NCBI GenBank assembly: GCA_965112735.1
Contig: OZ218958.1
Coordinates: 3,100,001-3,164,000 of the forward strand
From: Phaeosaccion multiseriatum
Taxonomy: Eukaryota > Protista > Ochrophyta, other classes
Direction of reading: 5' to 3'
Length of the DNA stretch: 64,000 bases
This document shows, one piece after another, positions 58,021 through 64,000 of this stretch. The notes under the pieces are model-generated. The model ran no database searches and was not told where the DNA came from. It worked only from the letters and a program-made list of their open reading frames with translations. Both the position numbers and the translations under genes were made by a program. The first letter of the stretch is position 1. Each line of letters starts with the position of its first letter.

Positions 58021-60618
58021 ATGATGGGCAAGACGGGGACCAGGAGGAGGCAAGAGAGAGGGGATGAAACAGAAATTTCCGAGAAGTTGACTCAGAAGAA
58101 GCTGCTTCCTTCCCGTCGTCATCGTCATCGTGGTTGGGCGTGCAAACTTTTCTCGTGGCTCTTTCTGCCAATATACTTTTCCTGCTCCCTTGGGCCCTGG
58201 CGCACTGGGAGCTTGGACCTTCGAGTTCCTACAAAGAGCGAGAGAGCTGCAGTGACGGCACGAGCTTGGTGGAGAGACTTGGAAGCAGCTTCACTGCTGC
58301 TGCCAGCAGCAGCAACTGCAGCACATGACGAAGGACCCCGCGCAGGAGTGGACGGCGTTTCAGCGCCAGTCCCAGGGCGGAGGGGGGGGGAGAGAGAGAA
58401 CAAAACAGACGATGAAGAAGACCGTGAGTCTGCGGCAGGGAAAGCTCTACTAGATACCACTAGGGCTACTGAGCAGCAGCAGCGCCCCAGAATGGCGGTG
58501 CTCGACTGCCGCGCGGTGCAGCACGGCGAGGGCAGAGATCGCATCCGAAACATCGCCTACTGGCAAGAAAGCTCTGCGGATAGGGAGCGCCTGCGCCATA
58601 GGCATCCCCACGGCCGTCCTCTTCGGTTTGCGACGTTCAGACCTGACCGAGCGGGGTGGAACAATGCCAGGTAAGAGGACCGGCTCGTGCCATAGCGCCA
58701 AGGGCTCGGGCACATCGCACGCACTACCCCGAGGGCCCCACAGGCGGAGATGTTCGATCCGTATCGACTCGTACATCCATCCATCTCTCTCTGTGTGTGT
58801 CTCGTCTACCTCTCTGCCTCTCCCTCTGCTGTTTCTTTGTCTGTCTGTATCTCTCTGCCTCGGCTCTCTCTCATTGCTCTCACTCGCTCTGCCTCTCGTC
58901 CTCTCTGCCTCTCCCCCATCTCTCTTCCCCTCCCTCGTTTTGCATCCCTCCCCCGCAGGATGGTCCTGGAGACTGTCATCTACTTCGCGCTACACACGGG
59001 GAGAGCCGTGGTCCTTCCCTCCTCCATGCCCATCTGGCACCTCCCCGGCGTGGACTGGCAGGATATCTACCCCACCGACAAGCTCAACCGCACAATGGAG
59101 GTCCTCTCTCTGCAGGAGTACATGCGGGAGATGGACCACTTTCCAGAGCTCATCTCCCTGGGACCGTCCTTCAGTCAGCAGACAAAGCAGGTGTGTGTGT
59201 CTCTCTGTGTGTGTGTGTGTGTGTGTGTGTTGTGTGTCGTGTGTGTGCATGTGTGTGTGCATGTGTGTGTGTGTGTGTGTGCATGTGTGTGTTTGTATGT
59301 GTGTGTATGTGTGTGTGTGTGCATGTGTGTGTGTGTGTGTTGTGTGTGTCGTGTGTGTGCATGTGTGTGTGCATGTGTGTGTGCATGTGTGTGTCCATGT
59401 GTGTGATGTTTTGGCATCACGCCTAAGCCAGCAGGACGACTTCTTCACCTGCTGTGGCACAGTCAACCCTCCTCGGATGAAACTGTCACTGGCATTGTGT
59501 CCTTCTTACTGACTGCATGTACCTTCTCCCCCTCCTCTTCGTTCGCTTCGCTCTCCCTCTTTCGGTCGATGACTGACTTATGACTGGACCCTGCTGCTGC
59601 TGCTGCCTCATGATGCCGATACTGGGCGCCCACCGGGGTATCCGTGGCCGACTTTCCCTCCCTTCACGCTCAGGCCCTGCGGGAGGGGAGGCTTGAAGAA
59701 GCCCACATGATGGAGAGGGTCGCGAGTGCGTCTGGACGGTACGTACACACGGTGCTTGTGTGTGGGAATACTGTCATTGAATCGATCACATCTGCACGCC
59801 CTCTCCCTCGCTGCACGTGGCCGTGACTTGGCCGTTTACCCTCTGTTACAGATTGGCTGACCCAACCCCTGCCACGCTTGCCTGCCATGCTTGCCTGCCA
59901 CCCGTGCCTGCCTGTCTGCCTATCGTACACGCAGGGCCGGAATCCCTCGCTTCCAAGCAAATGACATGGCCTTGCTCATGCCCGCAGAAAGCCATCTCCA
60001 GGGCGATGAACATTCCGCCATGGACACCGAATGGTGCGTGCGTGCGTGCCGAGTGAGTGTGCGTTTGGGGTGGGCGCGTGCGTGGCTGAGGGTATGACCG
60101 ACCGCCACGGACGATAAGCAATTGATCGGACCGTGTCCGTTTGGCTGCAGGGACCCCAACGCCCTCCTGGACTGCGAAAGTGCCAAACCTTTATGGTCTT
60201 CAAGCAGGTCATACCTGATCACCCCCGCTGCATTCACTCTCCTCTCCTCCTCATCTGCCTGCCCTGCCTTGGGTCATTCTGTGCCTGCACAAAAACCTCC
60301 GTTTCATTCCTCACAACCCCCCCCCTTAGGCTAAATGGCTGGGTGGGAGGCCGGGAGCGAAGGCCCTACACTGCTACCATGCAGAATGCCAGGTCCATCT
60401 TCTTCCCCAACGAAAACAACCCCGTGCGGCTGCTCACACACTACTACACGTTCGTGCTCCACCCCGACCGGCACGTCAACAACCTCATGCTCCGCACCAT
60501 GCGGGACAATCTGCACTACGACGAGAAGTTCTTCTGCAAAGCCAGTCAGGTGAGTACGTGCGTGAGTGCGTGAGTGCGTGCGTGACATGCTTGCCAGTGG
60601 GTGGGCGTGCGCGCTCGA

Positions 60619-60685
<67 letters not shown>

Positions 60686-62535
60686 GGTGGGCGTGGGTGG
60701 GTGGGTGGGTGGGCGTGGGTGGGCGTGTGCGTGTGTGTGCATGTGAGCGAATCGCGGGGTCAAAGGGTGTGGTGCTACCGTCTTCGCTGGCGGGGCAGCT
60801 CGCCTGGCCGTCCTTTCGTTCTTCGTGCGCATTGGCGGGCGCCTGCCCACCTTCCAGCTTTGGTCACACTCGATTGCCGCCCCGCGTCCGCAGGTGATGC
60901 ATCTGCTCCGGGAAGAGTCGGAGTCTGGCGAGTTTAGTACCTTCCACGTGCGGAGAGGAGACTTTGCCAAGACCTTCAAAGCAGAGCAATGGACTGCTGA
61001 GGACATGCTCAATAATACCAGCGCCTACCTTCAGGCAAGTGCCACACGGAAACAGAGGCAGATGGAGCGAGAGAGAGAGAGAGGGACAAAGAGAGGGAGA
61101 CGCAAGGAGAGAGACGGAGAGAGATGAGAGAGACAGAAAGAGATGGAGCGAGAGAGAAAGTGACTGAGCGAGGGAGAGAAAAGGGGGCAGAGAGAAGAGA
61201 GAGAGAGAGCGAGAGAGAGAGAGAGCGAGAGAGAGAGAGAGATTGAGATAGAGAACGGAGCAGAGGAAGAAAGACGTAAAGGGAGAGAGGGAGAGAAAGA
61301 CGAGAGGGGGGCAGAGAGAAGAGAGAGAGCGCGAGAGACGGATCGAGATGGACAGAGGCATATGGACAGAAAGAGAGAGATGAAGGGAGAGAGAGCGGCG
61401 TCTGGGGGTCAGGGGGCGGGCGTTGATGCGCGACACGTTCGGATTGGGCCGTCTGCTACCGCCTCCCCACGTGGAATAGATGCGTAGCTTCATTTCTGCC
61501 TCGACTCATTGAGCTTCATGAGCTGTGCACGCCCGATGGCGCTCACTCACGAAACAAATCACGCGCCCGCATTGGTGTGTGTGCGTGTGTGCGCCTCGGC
61601 ACCCTTTCCCCCTCCCTCCCGCCTCCCCCTGCTTCTTTTACCTCGTCGCACCCTCCTCCCTTCCTCTGAATTTCTCTTCCACAATTGGCAGGAGAACGAG
61701 GTCCTGTACATTGCCACCGACGAGCCAGACCTTAGCTTCTTCGACCCTCTAAAGCAGCGCTACAATGTACGCTTCCTACACGACTACGCGGAAAGAGCCG
61801 GATTGGACGGGGACGTGCCTTCCAAGCTGCTATGGTCCGTGCTAGATAGTATCATCGCCGCTCACGGGAGGACCTTCACTGGCACCCGCTACAGCACCTT
61901 CTCGGGCTACATCCACCGCCTCAGAGGGTTCTACGGACACCCCCGGGAACGCACATGGTGCGTGTGGCGGCACAGCACCGGTGGGGTCTCTGTCTAGGTG
62001 CCGTGCGTCTTGTTGAGGCTGGCTGGCTGGCTGGCTGGGTGGGTGGTTGGGTGACTGGGTGGCTTGGGAGGACTCTCCCATTGCCCTCACTCGCTCGCTC
62101 GCTTGCTTGACATGGTCATGGTGTTCTCTCACTCAGTTTGACTCCGGGAGGAATGCGGATAGGTCTTTTGGTTTGGCTTTTGTGTGGGCCCTATCTGGTA
62201 CCATGTGTCCTCACGACGTCAGAGACAGACATTGCCTGCAACCTCTCAGCCTCACTTATCGTCTACTGCACTGCACGCACGCACTCACGCACCGGGTGGC
62301 TCGTTCGACCCCATGACTCACTCCACAATTGAATCATTCCCACGGTACCATGTCCAATCCATCAATATCACTCGTGCTGCGACACAGGTTCTTCCACAAG
62401 GGCCAGGCCAGACCCTCGCACACTTCCGAGTACCCGCACCCCCCGTACTGGAAGCAGGAGTGGCCCTTCGCTTGGGAGGGGATTGACGACGTTCCGCCCG
62501 ACCCCGCTCTCTCGGAATACGCCCGCATAGAATAG
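58021..62535 (+). CDS. GDP-fucose protein O-fucosyltransferase-like glycosyltransferase, multi-exon
   Basis: FRPDRAGWNNAR|MVLETVIYFALHTGRAVVLP, RLLTHYY, MRDNLHY, HVRRGDF, LYIATDE, GRTFTGTRYSTFSGYIHRLRG, PYWKQEWPFAWEGID. Start codon uncertain. Confidence 0.85.
59191..59405. repeat. (GT)n-rich intronic microsatellite
   Basis: Direct observation. Confidence 0.9.
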
Positions 62536-63585
62536 CCCCCCTGGGCGAGGTACGCACAAGCACAAGTTGGCAGCCGGTGCGTGTGCCAACAGGCCCGAGA
62601 AGAGGCGGCCAGGCCCGTCACGTTGCCACGGAGGAGCGAGGAGCGAGGAGCGAGGAGCGGGCGCGGGGAGGACGGAGATGGCCGGTGCTCAGCAGCAATG
62701 GCTGTACGACGCAAGCGTACCTTCACACATGCTTGACCGCCACAGCTCACTTCACTTCACTAGCACCAGAGATTGCTGTCACTTTCACTCATCCACCTTG
62801 ACATTTTCGAGCGCATGCACCTCTATGACACCTTGGTCGCATAGGGGTCGTGCTTCGAGGAGCAAGGGAGGAATGATAGTTCTTTTTTTGTCTTTCTTTG
62901 GGGGGAAATTGGTCGCTGCAATTTGCTTACATGTGCAATAAATAGCGCTCGGAAAACTTCGTCACTCGCTCTACTCGATCGAGGACTACCGTGAGCGCAC
63001 TCGCCAACAAGAGAAGCCGTGGGTAGGAAGCTCTCCGGTGGGCGGTGCCAACGACAGGCGAATGCCATCATTCTGCCTTCCTTTCGATTCCTTGTTGGTG
63101 GTGGGGGTGGTGCTTTGTCTTTGTCTCCAACAAATCTGTGACTGGTGAATATTTGGCGCTAAAAAGCGAATATGGCTAATTTATTTTCTGCCACAAACCT
63201 CCCTCTCTCTCTGAAGAGTTTTAAGGTAAGAGCTGGGGTAGGGAGGAAGAGGGGGCTTTGATGGTCTGTGATGCCTGTGTGCCCCTGGCTGTGTCCACTG
63301 TCTATGGGGGGGTGGGTTGCGCTGTAGAGGCTTTGCGTCTCTTGCCAATGTTTTTGTTGGCGCTGCTGCGTCAGATTCGTAGACTGAGGGATGATGGAGC
63401 CGCTAGTCTAGCCTCCCTCGCATTCGCACCTACTGAGCGACTACGGCCTCCCTTTCGTCCATATCTGCGCTCTCCTCCTCGCGCTGTACGGCGCTTTGTC
63501 TTGTCTCGGTTCTTGACTTGCTGCATGCATGTGCCTGTCTCCAGGCGTTTGATTCTGTGTAGCGCCCAAGGGAGCAACAAGCGCC

Positions 63586-63881
63586 ATGAAGGTCAAGGCC
63601 GCTACTGTCGCGGCCTTCCTGGCCTTCATCTCCCCCTTCGCCGGCCGCGTCACCGCCATCGATGCCTTCGAACAACCGTCCACGCCTCAGCCTGTTCCCC
63701 CGCCTACGGAGGGGTCTCCAAGTGTGGACAAGCCTGTCTGGATAGAGCCGCCCACCGCCCCGGCGCCTGTCTGGACCGAGCCCGCGCCCCCCACCGCCTC
63801 ACCTGTCAAGAGCAAGAACAAGAAGAGCAAGAAGGAGGACAGCAAGAAGGATAGCGAACCCTGGACAGACCCTACCGTGCA
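63586..63881 (+). CDS. First exon of a putative secreted Pro-rich protein (continues beyond the window)
   Basis: Signal-peptide-like MKVKAATVAAFLAFISPFAGRVTA; PVWxEP repeats; donor CAG|GTAAGC at 63882. Confidence 0.6.
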
Positions 63882-64000
63882 GGTAAGCACTTGCAGCGAA
63901 CGGCCTGGGAGCATCGTGCCTGCCCGCGCCCGCCAAGCTCTAGTTCAAGTCCCGCTTCCGCATGCTCGCTGCTAAGCCTCTCTCTCTCTCTCTCTCTCTC

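Overview
Eukaryotic, GC-rich and microsatellite-dense genomic DNA with spliceosomal introns; the gene content suggests a stramenopile/ochrophyte alga (inference). From left to right: a ~6.5-kb-period tandem duplication of a head-to-head pair (FNIP-repeat gene and coiled-coil/F-box-like/ankyrin gene); a multi-exon Par3/HAL-N-domain gene with a long intronic hairpin; KNTC1/ROD (~3,600 aa); mitoferrin; trehalose-6-phosphate phosphatase; a short ankyrin gene; NSE3/MAGE; then a ~12-kb accessory island (950-bp TCC tract, an apparently young Ty3/gypsy element, an intron-containing bacterial-type ParA ATPase); ZGRF1; a GDP-fucose O-fucosyltransferase-like gene; and the start of a secreted Pro-rich gene. 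Two observations stand out. (1) The gypsy Pol carries an intact-looking DEDDy 3'-5' exonuclease (Mut-7/EXD/WRN-exo type) between RNase H and integrase. (2) The 13-mer CAGTTGGTGRTAC occurs 11 times on both strands, in several reading frames, in an intron and in intergenic DNA, usually inside CAG runs. All homology calls are motif recognition by eye; no searches were run.
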